A stretch of DNA of 64,000 bases from Candidatus Latescibacterota bacterium (GCA_965242865.1 CBDETK010000008.1:64001-128000); one strand, 5' to 3'. Shown: positions 32,963 through 43,242, counted from the first letter of the stretch. Notes: generated by a model from the letters alone, not told the origin. Program-made: numbers and translations.

Positions 32963-34108
32963 ATGCAGACCTTCCGCAAGGTTCTCTTTTGGCTGCACCT
33001 CATTTGCGGCGTGGCGGTCGGCTTGGTCGTCTTCGTGATGTCGGCCACGGGCGTCGTCCTGACCTACGAGAAGCAGATGGAGCGGTGGGCCGACGGTTTC
33101 GAGGTGGGCGAGGAATGTGGCGAGGGTGCCCGGCTGGGGCCGGAGGCGTTGCTCGCGGCCACGCGAGCGTCCACCGGGAGAGTGCCGACCGCGATACTCG
33201 TCCGTTCCGACCCGTCGCAGCCTGTGCGCGTCTCGTTCGGGCGCCAGTCGAACGAGGTCCATCCCTGCACCGGAGAATCGATGGGGGAGGGCGCGCCGCA
33301 AGTGCATGGCTTTTTCCATCAGATGATCCTCTGGCACCGCTGGCTGGGCCAGGAAGGCGACGGGCGCAGCGTAGGCAAAGCGATTACCGGAGCCTGCAAT
33401 CTGGCATTCCTGTTCATCATCCTGTCGGGTTCGTACCTGTGGTGGCCGAAGCAATGGACGTGGAAGCAATTGCGCGGGATCGTGCTGTTCCGGGGCGGAC
33501 TGAAGGGCAAGGCGCGCGACTTCAACTGGCATAACGTGTTCGGGCTTTGGTGCGCCGTGCCGCTCTTCATCGTGGCTGGCACGGCCGTGTTCTTCTCATA
33601 CTCGTGGAGTTCCGATCTGCTCTATGCCGTTACCGGCGAGGAGCGGTCAGCTTCAAGCGGACGGGGCCGAGGGGGCGGGGCGGCAAGCCCCGGGCAGGAG
33701 AGTGAAGAGCCTCCCGGTTTCACGGGACTCGACGCGCTCTGGAAAACGGCAGTTGCCATCGAGCCCGATTGGAGATTGATCACGATGCGCATTCCGGAAC
33801 GTCCGCAGGCCCCGGTCTCGTTCACGCTCGACCGCGGGAACGGCTTCCGACCGGATCTCCGCACCACCGTGGTGCTCGACCGCAGCACCGGCAAGGTCGT
33901 GCGCCAGGTGGAATACGCTGACAATCCAAAGGCGGCCAACGCCCGGTCTTGGATCCGCTGGCTGCACACCGGGGAAGCGGGCGGCCTCGCCGGGCAAACC
34001 TTGGCCGGGATCGTCTCGCTGGCCGCTTGCTTTCTGGTGTACACGGGCTGGATGCTGAGCTGGCGTCGCTTTCAGGCTTGGCGGACTAGGAATCGCGGAT
34101 CCCCGTGA
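32963..34108 (+). CDS. PepSY-associated TM helix protein (PiuB-like)
   Basis: FWLHL..G, SATG, WHRWL, SGSYLWWP, WHNVFG and WLHTGE His-containing TM motifs. Confidence 0.9.
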   Translation: MQTFRKVLFWLHLICGVAVGLVVFVMSATGVVLTYEKQMERWADGFEVGEECGEGARLGPEALLAATRASTGRVPTAILVRSDPSQPVRVSFGRQSNEVHPCTGESMGEGAPQVHGFFHQMILWHRWLGQEGDGRSVGKAITGACNLAFLFIILSGSYLWWPKQWTWKQLRGIVLFRGGLKGKARDFNWHNVFGLWCAVPLFIVAGTAVFFSYSWSSDLLYAVTGEERSASSGRGRGGGAASPGQESEEPPGFTGLDALWKTAVAIEPDWRLITMRIPERPQAPVSFTLDRGNGFRPDLRTTVVLDRSTGKVVRQVEYADNPKAANARSWIRWLHTGEAGGLAGQTLAGIVSLAACFLVYTGWMLSWRRFQAWRTRNRGSP

Positions 34109-34269
34109 CCCGCTCAATCGGTTACGTATCTTGGCTCCAGTGCTAGGCGCAACGGCAGTCGAGCCGAGCCGACCACGGGAACCCCACAGATCCGCTCGAT
34201 TCGCAAACTTAGCGATCTGACTGTGTCCGGCACGTCGGATCGAGATTCGATGCGTGGGAACATGGAGCA

Positions 34270-34677
34270 ATGCATACCAGCACCGGATGGACGAACGAAT
34301 CGAACGACCTGACTTCCCCATACTTGAAACGCATCGAATGGCTCAGGAATGATGGGCTCTGCTACGACATCACGTTAAACGAGTCGTCCGTGCGGGACTT
34401 TCTTTCGTTCATCGATGCCGCGTCATACTCGCTCAGAGCATCTCTAGTGCTCCACGACAATGGCAACATCCGGGCGCTGTGGAAGCTGAGCGACGAAGAT
34501 CGAATCGGCGTTCAATTCCGAGGCGACGGGAATGCCTCGTTCGTGATCTTCAAGCGTCCTGCTGCGGGAGTCGCTACTTCACGAACCTACGGGTTGGATT
34601 CGCTGGACGGAGTTCGCGCCCGGATTCAAGCATGCGGATTCGAGCCTGAGTTGAGCGGACGGTCGACCGATCCCTAG
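34270..34677 (+). CDS. Hypothetical protein
   Basis: 135-aa ORF with GGAG RBS, globular composition and lower GC. Confidence 0.55.
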   Translation: MHTSTGWTNESNDLTSPYLKRIEWLRNDGLCYDITLNESSVRDFLSFIDAASYSLRASLVLHDNGNIRALWKLSDEDRIGVQFRGDGNASFVIFKRPAAGVATSRTYGLDSLDGVRARIQACGFEPELSGRSTDP

Positions 34678-34724
34678 CGACTTGTCCCCGGCAAGCACGC
34701 GCAGTCGTAGGCTTACTATGAGGC

Positions 34725-37136
34725 GTGCATCCTAATTCACCCTATAGGCGTGATCGACGCTGCCTGTTCGCATGGCGGTTTCGTGCGCTTGCAGCGTTGC
34801 TTGCCGCGTCCTCCGGCGGTATCGCTACGGGTCAAGACACGGTCGGAACCGCATCAGTTCGCGGAGTCGTGCAACGGCATGACGGCACTCCTGGCGCGGG
34901 CTTGCGAGTTTGTATCGCGGATACGAATCAATGCGCCGTCAGCGACGGGGAGGGGCGGTTCGGCACTCTTGACGCCCGCCCGGGGACCCGTCGGCTCGAA
35001 GTCCAACTGGAGCTGGGCGTCGTCCTGGCAACTCGCGAAGTCGAGACTCGCGCCGGCCTCACCAGCGAGGTGCAACTCGTGCTGCCGGAAGTTGGAGCGG
35101 TGGAGACTTCGATCACCGTGAATGCCTCCGCGGTGACCACGCCCGACGAGGTCGTCACCTCCGGCGTGCGCATCCGAAACCGGGAAATCGCGAAGGTGGC
35201 GGACGGGATGCAAGATGTCTCGCGGTACGTGGCGACCCTACCCGGCGTCATGACGGGCTCGGCGGACTTCCGCAACGACATCATCGTTCGCGGTGGGAGC
35301 CCGTTGGAGAACTTGTTCATTGTCGACAACATCGAGATTCCGAACATCAATAGCTTCGCGAACCTAGCCTCCGCCGGGGGCACGTTCAGCCTGTTGGACG
35401 TGCAGTTGATCGAGGACGTGACGTTCTTGACGGGAGGGTATCCGGCACCGTACGTCAACCGGCTCTCGAGCGTCATGCAGGTCACCCAGCGCGAGGGCAG
35501 CCGGGAGAAGTTCCGGGGACGCGCCACGCTGGCGTACGCCGGGGCCGGGGGAGTGCTGGAGGGTCCATGGGGCGGAGGGAACGGTTCGTGGATCGTGTCC
35601 GGCCGCCGGAGTTTCTTGGACCTGTTCGGCAACAATCTCGGCACGGGCGGCGTGCCGGTCTATTACTCGTTCACCGGCAAGGCCGTGCGGGACTTCGGCT
35701 CTCTGGATCGGGTTTGGATCACCAGCATCACCGGCCTGGACACCGTCCGACTCGGTCCGTCCGACGATCTAGATCCCGCCGACGAGTTGAACACCGTCGA
35801 TATCCGCTACAGCGGATTTCGCAACGCGACGGGATTCAATTGGCAGCACATCTTCGGCTCGCGGGGCGTAGGCCTGCTGGGTCTGACCCATTCTCGGGCG
35901 AGGGTCGATTCGACAGTCAAGGACCTTGTTCGGAACGGCCCGTTCGCGCCCGGCGCGGACATCGAGCAACGGCTCGCGGCCGGAGCGGTCGCCTTCCGGC
36001 AGGACGCGACGGAAGACGAAACGACGCTGAAGTACGACTTGACGCTGCATGGGAACCGCTTCGGCGAGTTCCGCCTCGGCGCCACGCAGAAGCGCTTCGT
36101 GAACAACTACATCACGCTCTCGCCGCTGGGCTACGACGGTCCCTACACGCGGGTTCCTGACATCAACCCGATCAACTTGCGGGAGCGCATCACGGCCGCG
36201 CAGTCCGGGGCGTACCTGCAGGGCACGCACTCCTTGGCTCCGCGGGTCCGCCTGACTCTCGGGGGGCGCTTCGATCGCTACGCGCATTTTGGGAAAGCGC
36301 ATACGCGCTTCAGTCCGCGGGCCGCCCTCCGGGTGGGTCTCGGGGGCAACCTTTCATGGAACACGAGCTGGGGCCTGTACCACCAATTGCCCTTGTATCT
36401 CTTCATGAGCGCGTTCGAGTCGAATCGGGCGCTGCGGCCGGCGCGGTCGGAACATTGGGTTACCGGAATCAGCTGGATCCCGCGGCCCAGCCTGCGAGTG
36501 ACTGTCGAGGGATACGCGAAGAACTACAAGGACTACCCGGCTTCGACCCAGTTCCCGCAGCTCTCCTTCGCCAACGTGGGCGACACCTTCAATGTCCGCG
36601 ACATCCTGTATCCGATGTCGAGCGTCGGCAGGGGGAGATCCCGCGGGGTCGAATTCTTCGTCGAGAAGAAATCGGAACAGAACTGGTTCGGGCAACTGAA
36701 CTTCGCTTACTCGCGGACCTATCATGCCGGGCGCGATCACGTGTTTCGTCCTGGCGCGTTCGACCGTCCCTTCGCCTTCAACGCGGTTGGCGGCCGCCGA
36801 CTCGCCGCCAACTGGGAACTCGCCATGCGCACCTCTTACCTGACCGGCAGGCCGTACACGCCGTTCCACGGGGAGTTGTCGCGGGCGCAGCAACGAGGCA
36901 TCTTCGATCTAGACCGAGTGAACGCGTTACGGCTTCCGGCCTTCTTCACGCTCGACCTGCGTGTCGACCGCATCTTCCGCGTCGGCGACCAGACAGCGGT
37001 GGTTTACGCGGGCCTGCAGAACGTGACCGGCCGCCAGAATCGGACGAGCCCATCCTGGAATCGCTTGACGAACGAGGCCGGGGCGAGTGACGCTTTCGGT
37101 CGCCTTCTGATCATGGGCATGGAATGGGCCTTCTGA
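34725..37136 (+). CDS. TonB-dependent receptor
   Basis: Plug motifs LPGV, VRGGSPLEN, IDNIEIP and GGYPAPY; beta-barrel; terminal Phe (MEWAF). Confidence 0.92.
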   Translation: MHPNSPYRRDRRCLFAWRFRALAALLAASSGGIATGQDTVGTASVRGVVQRHDGTPGAGLRVCIADTNQCAVSDGEGRFGTLDARPGTRRLEVQLELGVVLATREVETRAGLTSEVQLVLPEVGAVETSITVNASAVTTPDEVVTSGVRIRNREIAKVADGMQDVSRYVATLPGVMTGSADFRNDIIVRGGSPLENLFIVDNIEIPNINSFANLASAGGTFSLLDVQLIEDVTFLTGGYPAPYVNRLSSVMQVTQREGSREKFRGRATLAYAGAGGVLEGPWGGGNGSWIVSGRRSFLDLFGNNLGTGGVPVYYSFTGKAVRDFGSLDRVWITSITGLDTVRLGPSDDLDPADELNTVDIRYSGFRNATGFNWQHIFGSRGVGLLGLTHSRARVDSTVKDLVRNGPFAPGADIEQRLAAGAVAFRQDATEDETTLKYDLTLHGNRFGEFRLGATQKRFVNNYITLSPLGYDGPYTRVPDINPINLRERITAAQSGAYLQGTHSLAPRVRLTLGGRFDRYAHFGKAHTRFSPRAALRVGLGGNLSWNTSWGLYHQLPLYLFMSAFESNRALRPARSEHWVTGISWIPRPSLRVTVEGYAKNYKDYPASTQFPQLSFANVGDTFNVRDILYPMSSVGRGRSRGVEFFVEKKSEQNWFGQLNFAYSRTYHAGRDHVFRPGAFDRPFAFNAVGGRRLAANWELAMRTSYLTGRPYTPFHGELSRAQQRGIFDLDRVNALRLPAFFTLDLRVDRIFRVGDQTAVVYAGLQNVTGRQNRTSPSWNRLTNEAGASDAFGRLLIMGMEWAF

Positions 37137-37312
37137 GGGGTGCGGTCGTCGCGAGCAGGGTAGTCGTCGCCGGGAACTGGCGGATGGGTGACGCGCTGTC
37201 AATTTCGGCCCGGTCCGGCTCGAACGCATGACGCAGTTCGAGCAATGTGAATCCGGCCGGCACTTCCCGGGATTCGTAGCCGACGAGTGTTCTAACCTTG
37301 GGGTAGATCGAA

Positions 37313-38461
37313 GTGTTCCGCTGGGCCGGAACGAAGAGGACGGTGTCGGTGCATCCGGGCCCGTTCTTGCCAGGTGCAGGAGGGCTGCCGCCCTGTTTGG
37401 CCGGAAGGGAGCGAGAGCAAACCGAGATAGATGATTTTCTTGAAGCTATTCGCTCCGGGGTGCCGCCGCCATCGATGCTGATCCTTTACGGGCCACGCGG
37501 GAAAGGCAAGACCACGCTGCTGAACTGGACCAGTCGACAGGCTCTTGATCAAGGTATTCGATCTCTCCGATTAGAGGCCTCCGAGATCCTAACGGAGGAC
37601 ACGCCGGCCAAGCCTCAATTGCCGGATACTTGGTTGACTAAGATTTTCCAAGGCGTTTCTCGGCGCGGCTCAGGGGTTCGCTTGCGGAGGCCAGAAGCCA
37701 GCAACGTGACAAAGGCATTGGCTCGCCTTGCGAAGAAGAGTCCGACGGTCATTCTCATTGACGAAGCTAACACTCTGGAAACGACCTTGGGTGCGCAACT
37801 GCTGCAAGCGGCTCAGACACTGGCTGGGGACGGCAAGCCATTCCTATTGGTACTCGCAGGTACTCCCGACTTGCCGAGCCGTCTGCGGAAGATGCGCGTG
37901 ACTCTCTGGGATAGAAGCGCGATCTTCCCGCTGCAAAGGCTCGATGACCGTGCCTCGTCCGATGCCATTCAGATCCCATTCGAGAGGGCCGGTTACGGTA
38001 TCGCTCCTGCAGCACTGGAGAGCATAGTCAGAGACAGCCGCGGATACCCTTACTTTCTGCAACTCTGGGGAAGGGCCCTATGGAGCCAAGTGCGCCACTC
38101 CGTCGGGCCGAGCAGGATGGAAGAGGTGAATCGAGTCCGCCCGCGAGTCGAAGAAACGAGAAACCGATTCTACTTGGAGCGGTATCAAGAGTTGAAGGAC
38201 AGGGGACTGGTCGCCTCGGCCGTTGCCTTAGCCCAAGCGTACGAGGGTAGCGACAGCATGGATGACTACAGGGTCGACCAGGTGCTGAAGCGCGCTCTTG
38301 AGGCGGATGGCCAGATGACCGGGTCGTCGGAGTTGATGCAGGTCCGCCCAGAGCTGCACGACCTCGGCTACATCTGGTCCCCGGGCGGAGCGAGGAAGAG
38401 CCTCTATATCACCGGGATTCCAAGTCTGATGTCGTTCGTCGCAGATGGCGCCCACCACTAG
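37313..38461 (+). CDS. AAA_16/STAND-like ATPase (start uncertain)
   Basis: PFLPGAGGLPPCLAGRE, GPRGKGKT, LIDEA and GYPYFLQLWG motifs. Confidence 0.85.
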   Translation: MFRWAGTKRTVSVHPGPFLPGAGGLPPCLAGREREQTEIDDFLEAIRSGVPPPSMLILYGPRGKGKTTLLNWTSRQALDQGIRSLRLEASEILTEDTPAKPQLPDTWLTKIFQGVSRRGSGVRLRRPEASNVTKALARLAKKSPTVILIDEANTLETTLGAQLLQAAQTLAGDGKPFLLVLAGTPDLPSRLRKMRVTLWDRSAIFPLQRLDDRASSDAIQIPFERAGYGIAPAALESIVRDSRGYPYFLQLWGRALWSQVRHSVGPSRMEEVNRVRPRVEETRNRFYLERYQELKDRGLVASAVALAQAYEGSDSMDDYRVDQVLKRALEADGQMTGSSELMQVRPELHDLGYIWSPGGARKSLYITGIPSLMSFVADGAHH

Positions 38462-38717
38462 CCGACTGCTATCCGGAACTTGACATCGAAGGCATCGCCC
38501 TCGGGATGACCGCAGTGCTTGAAGCACGTTTGGCCGCTGGCACGTCACACCGACGGGTGCAGCTACCGGCACGGATCGCGCGACGAATGAATCGACTCGG
38601 TGGTGGTGCGCATGACGAGCTTAGGCCCTTCAATGTTCGGACGTTCACACTAGGGCAGTCTCGCGGTCGAATGGCAGGACTGGACAGAACGGATCCGTTT
38701 GTGGCATTACTGAGGGA

Positions 38718-39737
38718 GTGACTGACGAACCGATCCCGTTGCGTGAGGTGCGCGTGCGCGTGGTGCGGCCCGACGAGGAGCCGCGCTTCAACGCGCTGCT
38801 GCGGGAGCACCACTACCTCGGCTTCCGGAAGTTCTGCGGGCGCCGCTTGCGGCACGTCGCGGTGCTCGGCGAACGCTGGCTGGCACTCCTCGGCTGGCAC
38901 GCCGCGGCATTGCACTGCGCGGCGCGCGAACGCTGGATCGGCTGGCACACCTTGCAGCGCCGCCAGCGTCTGTTCCTGATCGTCAACAATTCGCGCTTCC
39001 TCTTGCTGCCGGACGCCGCGGGCACTCCGCACCTCGCCTCGCGCGTGCTCGGCCTGAGCTTGCGCCGGCTACCCGGCGACTGGCTCGCCCGGCACGGCCA
39101 CGCGATTCTCCTCGCAGAGACTTTCGTGGATCCCCAGCGCTTCGCCGGAACCTGCTATCGCGCTGCAAACTGGCTGGAGATCGGGCGCACGCTCGGCTAT
39201 GGCCGCACGCGCAGCGGACCGCTCGGCTACGTCGCGCACGGCCAACCCAAGCGCGTATTCGTGTATCCCTTGCGGCGAGATGCCCGGCACCAGCTGGCCG
39301 CGCCCGTGCCCCGGCCCGAGTGGCTCCCGTGGAGGCCCCGCATCCTGCTCACCACCGCGCAAATGCTCTCGCTGCGCGACTTCGTGCGGTCCCAGCCCGA
39401 CTCGCGCGGGCGCCGCGGCCTGCGCTACCCGTGGCCCGCGCTGCTGACGATCGTGCTGGCCGCCCGCGTGGCGGGCGCGACCACTCTGACGGAGATGTCG
39501 CGCTTCGGACGCGCCTTGGAGCAGTCCGTGCTGCAGGATCTCGGAATTCCCCGGCGAACGCAGACCGGGCGCTATCACGCCCCGGGCATCAGCACCTTGC
39601 ACTACGCGCTCAAGGGGATCGACGTGGAGACCCTTGAAGACCTGCTGGCCGAGTGGACCCGCATCCAGGCTCCCGACGAAGAGCCGCTGGCCATCGATGG
39701 CACGTCCCTGCGCGGCTCCGACGAACATGACCTCTAA
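38718..39737 (+). mobile_element. Truncated DUF4338 (DruA-like)-ISAs1 family transposase fusion
   Basis: HHYLG, IVNNSRFLLLP, ETFVD and YRAANW (DUF4338); PDSRGRRGLRYP and AIDGTSLRGS (ISAs1), then an early stop. Confidence 0.8.
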
Positions 39738-40794
39738 GGAGACCGGTGCGTGCATGCCCAGTCCCCTAGCAGCAGCTCTCGGCGGTCTGCATCCTGTCCG
39801 GCCTAGTGACCTGCCAGCACGGTTCAATGAGACCATGCACTGACCAGCCTGTCGGCGGCACTGGCCTCCCCGGGGTTACCTGCGTCACCGGTTACGGCTA
39901 TACCCGACAGCTGAGAATTGTGTGCATCACGTGCGCGATACGGTGCGACGGGAAGTCGCACGCGGGTTTGTGCAAGCGGTTAGTCCCGCAGGTCTTGGCG
40001 GCGTTCGCCAACCCCCCTATTTCGGTGCTGCGCCTGCTGGGCAAGCAACCCTTGGCGAGGGGCATGTACAACTCCCGTCTGCGCCCGAACTGTGTCGTGG
40101 GGGTCCGGTTCGCGGTGCGTCCGGCCGCGCAAATCCGTCGCTGTGCTTGGCCGTGCCCCGACCGGAGCGGCTCTTCCCCTCGCGATGCAAGGCGCACGGG
40201 TCTCTCAACATGCCCAGCAGACACCGGTCGGACTCGCCCTTCAATTCGCGTAGGTGCTTGCGTAGCCAAACGATTCTTGGCTTCGTCTAAACTATCTGGG
40301 ATGGATGCAGAGGCGTCGATCCGCCACTAGTAGGATCAGTCCCTGCGAGAGACCAACTGAACCCACACGTTCGGTTCTCTCCGAGCGTCACTGGCGGAGG
40401 ATACTCTCATTGAGGAGCACGATGGATCGTACGACCACCCGTAGGTTGCCGGTCTCGATGCTGCCTAGCTTGCACTGGACTCATCTCCCGAGTCATCTAC
40501 TGAAGTGGGGCAGGGGTAACGCCGGAAGGACAATTTCGTGGCGGTCCGGCTCAGCAATGTCGCCCACCGATGTGAGGGGTGTGCTATTCTGCTGTGGGTG
40601 TACGAATCCAATGACCACGCTAGGCCTAGGGCCCGGCGGAGATTCGCTGTTCTTGGCTCGCGGTAGCGTAACCTCGGGCCTTGACCGGGCTCTACCGCCG
40701 AGTGCGCCAAGGGCATGCTGCACCTCGGTCACCGTCTTTGCCCTCACGTCTCAAAACGGCGTTGCAGCGCAGTTCTCTTGGAAGGAGTCCTGCC

Positions 40795-41937
40795 ATGCCT
40801 AAAGGTTCCTTCTTGCAACTTCGTTTGGCAGGAGATCGTTTCTCTGACCATTCGGTACCGTTCGACACCTTGCTTGGAATCGCTCAGTTCAAAGCCCTGG
40901 TTGTAGAAGCATCGAGGCTCGAGTATCTCTAGCATCAGAAACACCGCAAACGGATCCCCCGTGGTTTTTCACAATCCATCGAGTTGAAACTCACTTCGAT
41001 AGAGGCAGGGAGTGCCCAAGTGGGAATTGGTCTGGAACTATCGGGCACTCAATCGTTGATTGCCAATCAAGAGAGCTATTTCGCTCGGGGTCGTGATAGT
41101 TTGATTAGGACGATTCAAAAGGCAGGTAATGGGGAGAAATTGGAAGGCGTGAAAGTGTCTAGAAAGATGTCCAACGGTTTCGATTCGATTGCAGAGATTC
41201 TAGAAGATGGCGAGGAACTTCACGTAATTCGTCCAAGTGGGACCGCCAATGAACACGAAAGGGCAGTGTTCACAAAGGAAATCGCCGCTAGACTACGAAA
41301 TACGAGTGCTAACGATGATGCAGTTTCAGCGGATATTGAAACTTGTGGATATATCTCGGAGTTCAATCAAGAAAACAACACGTTTCGATTGCGATTGCAT
41401 GACGGCACGAAATTCAATCCATCTATCTCTGCAGAACTTCTAGAAACTGCGCTTGATGTATTCAATGGATATCGAAGAGGTCTGCAAGCTCATTTCCGGG
41501 GTACTAGCCTAAAGAATTCAGCTGGTCGTATTGTTGATGTCAATAAGATAACGCATTTACACATCATGGACGACCCACTGAACATAAGCCATCAACTGGA
41601 CGACATCCGAAAACTGAGCAACGGATGGCTTGATGGCGAAGGAGCAGCTCCTTCACGCGATGGAATCAATTGGATTGAATCGAAGTTGCACAGGTATATT
41701 CCCAGCGATTTCCCACCAATCTATTTGTATCCAACTGAGACCGGAGGAATTCTAATTGAATGGTCAATTGAGTCGAATGAAGCCAGTATCGAAGTCGACC
41801 TAGAATCACGCATTGGCATTTGGCATGAATTGAATGTGCAGTCAGGTGAAGATGATGAGCGAGAGTTCAATCTTGATCAAGCCGCGAATTGGCAATGGGT
41901 AATCGATCATGTGGACGGCTTGAGGCCAGTCACATGA
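40795..41937 (+). pseudogene. Hypothetical multidomain protein interrupted by an in-frame TAG (40930-40932)
   Basis: GGAAGGAG RBS; ...LEYL*HQKHRKRIPRGF... continues in frame into ORF 40984-41937; low GC. Confidence 0.75.
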
Positions 41938-42293
41938 AACACAATTCACTCCTGCATCGTCAGATTCATCCGAACTGGATTGCCGAGTGCCAGATCTCTT
42001 CACAAGCATTCTTGCCTACAACTCAACACCGGGGTTGCCTCTCGGTGTATGATGGTGAAGGGATCACTGCTGGCGATGCGTACAAACACTACACAAGTCA
42101 TGGTTACGCCTCGGTAGGGGTGCTATCGGTGACAGTTGACGAATGTAAGCAGCTTGATCTGTTCGTTCGAAACGATCCGTTGGAGTTCTCAGGACACCAC
42201 GCAGTAATCGACTTTGAGCCGATCAAAGGATCCCGGGCAAGAAGGCGGGTTGCGAAGCAACTCAGGGACATTGCGGCGGACCGAGGCTGTTAG
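41934..42293 (+). CDS. Small putative ADP-ribosyltransferase-fold protein; last codon and stop lie within an IS end
   Basis: ATGA overlap with the upstream gene; LLHRQ...SSQAF...LSVY...HHAVID pattern. Confidence 0.6.
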   Translation: MKHNSLLHRQIHPNWIAECQISSQAFLPTTQHRGCLSVYDGEGITAGDAYKHYTSHGYASVGVLSVTVDECKQLDLFVRNDPLEFSGHHAVIDFEPIKGSRARRRVAKQLRDIAADRGC

Positions 42294-42749
42294 CGCAATC
42301 TTTAAACGTCCGGTTCCTGCAATCCTTAAGTGTCCGCTTTTTCGAAGTAGCGGAGTAGCATGCCGGACCCCGTGCCACAAGGGCTGGGGCCAAGCCCACC
42401 GGCTGCAAGCAGCCGGTGGGCAGCGTTACGGCGAGCGCGCCGAGGTGCCTGGCAGGGCCGGGTACGCGTTGAGCGGCCGCGACCTGCTGTTGAATGTCTG
42501 TATGTCTTGTAGAACACTGGCTGGTTCGGCCGCAGCCAGCTTGAAGGCCGCTCCTGCAGAAAGGACTACGGGGGTGCCTCTGTCCTCCGCGCCGCGAGGC
42601 TTCCCTTGGGCCTGACGCGGCCCCGATGGAAGAAGCGGCCGCAGCGGTAGGGACAGCCCGGAGCCCGCCCGGCGAACCGGACATTTAAGGTTTGCCAAAA
42701 AGCGGACATTTAAGGATTGCTCCGCCCCGTTCCGCTGGCTGGCTTGACA
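42288..42749. mobile_element. Non-autonomous IS remnant (ISNCY/IS1202-like ends), 462 bp
   Basis: TGT...ACA termini; two GCAATCCTTAAATGTCCG-like sites at each end in inverted orientation; no transposase. Confidence 0.7.
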
Positions 42750-42772
42750 GCGCATGCTCTGCGTCCTAGACT
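42744..42772 (+). promoter_or_regulatory. Hybrid promoter TTGACA-N17-TAGACT
   Basis: -35 is the last 6 nt of the IS end; -10 lies in flanking DNA; GTG start 8 nt downstream. Confidence 0.6.
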
Positions 42773-42780
42773 CTGAGACC

Positions 42781-43242
42781 GTGAGCGACAGCACCGAGAC
42801 GGTTGATCACGAAAACGACGCCCCCCTCACATCCATCCAGGTGGAGCGGGAGTTCGCGGCGCAGCCCCGCGCGGTCTTCGATGCTTGGGTAGTGTCGGAA
42901 ACGGCCAGCCGCTGGCTCTTCAGCACGGAGACGAGCGTCATGACCTGCGAGATGGATCCGCGCCCGGGCGGCGCTTACAGGATCGAGCGGAGGGAGGGAG
43001 ACGAGTCGTACGTCGCCCTGGGCGAGTACCGGGAAGTCAATCCGCCCCACCGCCTCGTATTCACGTTCGGCATGCCGCAGTTCGCGCCGGGCTTCGCTAC
43101 GGTCACCGTCGAAGTCGAGCCTGCGGGCGCGGGAACCCGCATGCGACTGTCCCAAGACAGCGTGCCTCCTGAGCACAAAGACGCTATCCGAGAGGGCTGG
43201 TCAGCCATGTTCGACCTGCTCGAGCGCGCGCTCGCCGAGTGA
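42781..43242 (+). CDS. SRPBCC/AHSA1 domain protein
   Basis: VFDAW, DPRPGGAY, GEYREVNPPHRLVFT and EGWSAMFDLL motifs. Confidence 0.9.
   Translation: MSDSTETVDHENDAPLTSIQVEREFAAQPRAVFDAWVVSETASRWLFSTETSVMTCEMDPRPGGAYRIERREGDESYVALGEYREVNPPHRLVFTFGMPQFAPGFATVTVEVEPAGAGTRMRLSQDSVPPEHKDAIREGWSAMFDLLERALAE

Noticed and set aside
38718-39737. Druantia anti-phage system
   Set aside because: Only the DUF4338 domain is present, fused to a transposase; no DruE helicase or other dru genes.
39738-40790. Short ORFs between the transposase remnant and the 40795 gene
   Set aside because: No recognisable motifs or RBS; probably decayed DNA. No convincing right inverted repeat for the ISAs1 element.
40930-40932. 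In-frame TAG as possible pyrrolysine or readthrough
   Set aside because: No pyl or methylamine context; low-GC accessory gene whose partner is also disrupted, so a nonsense mutation is more parsimonious.
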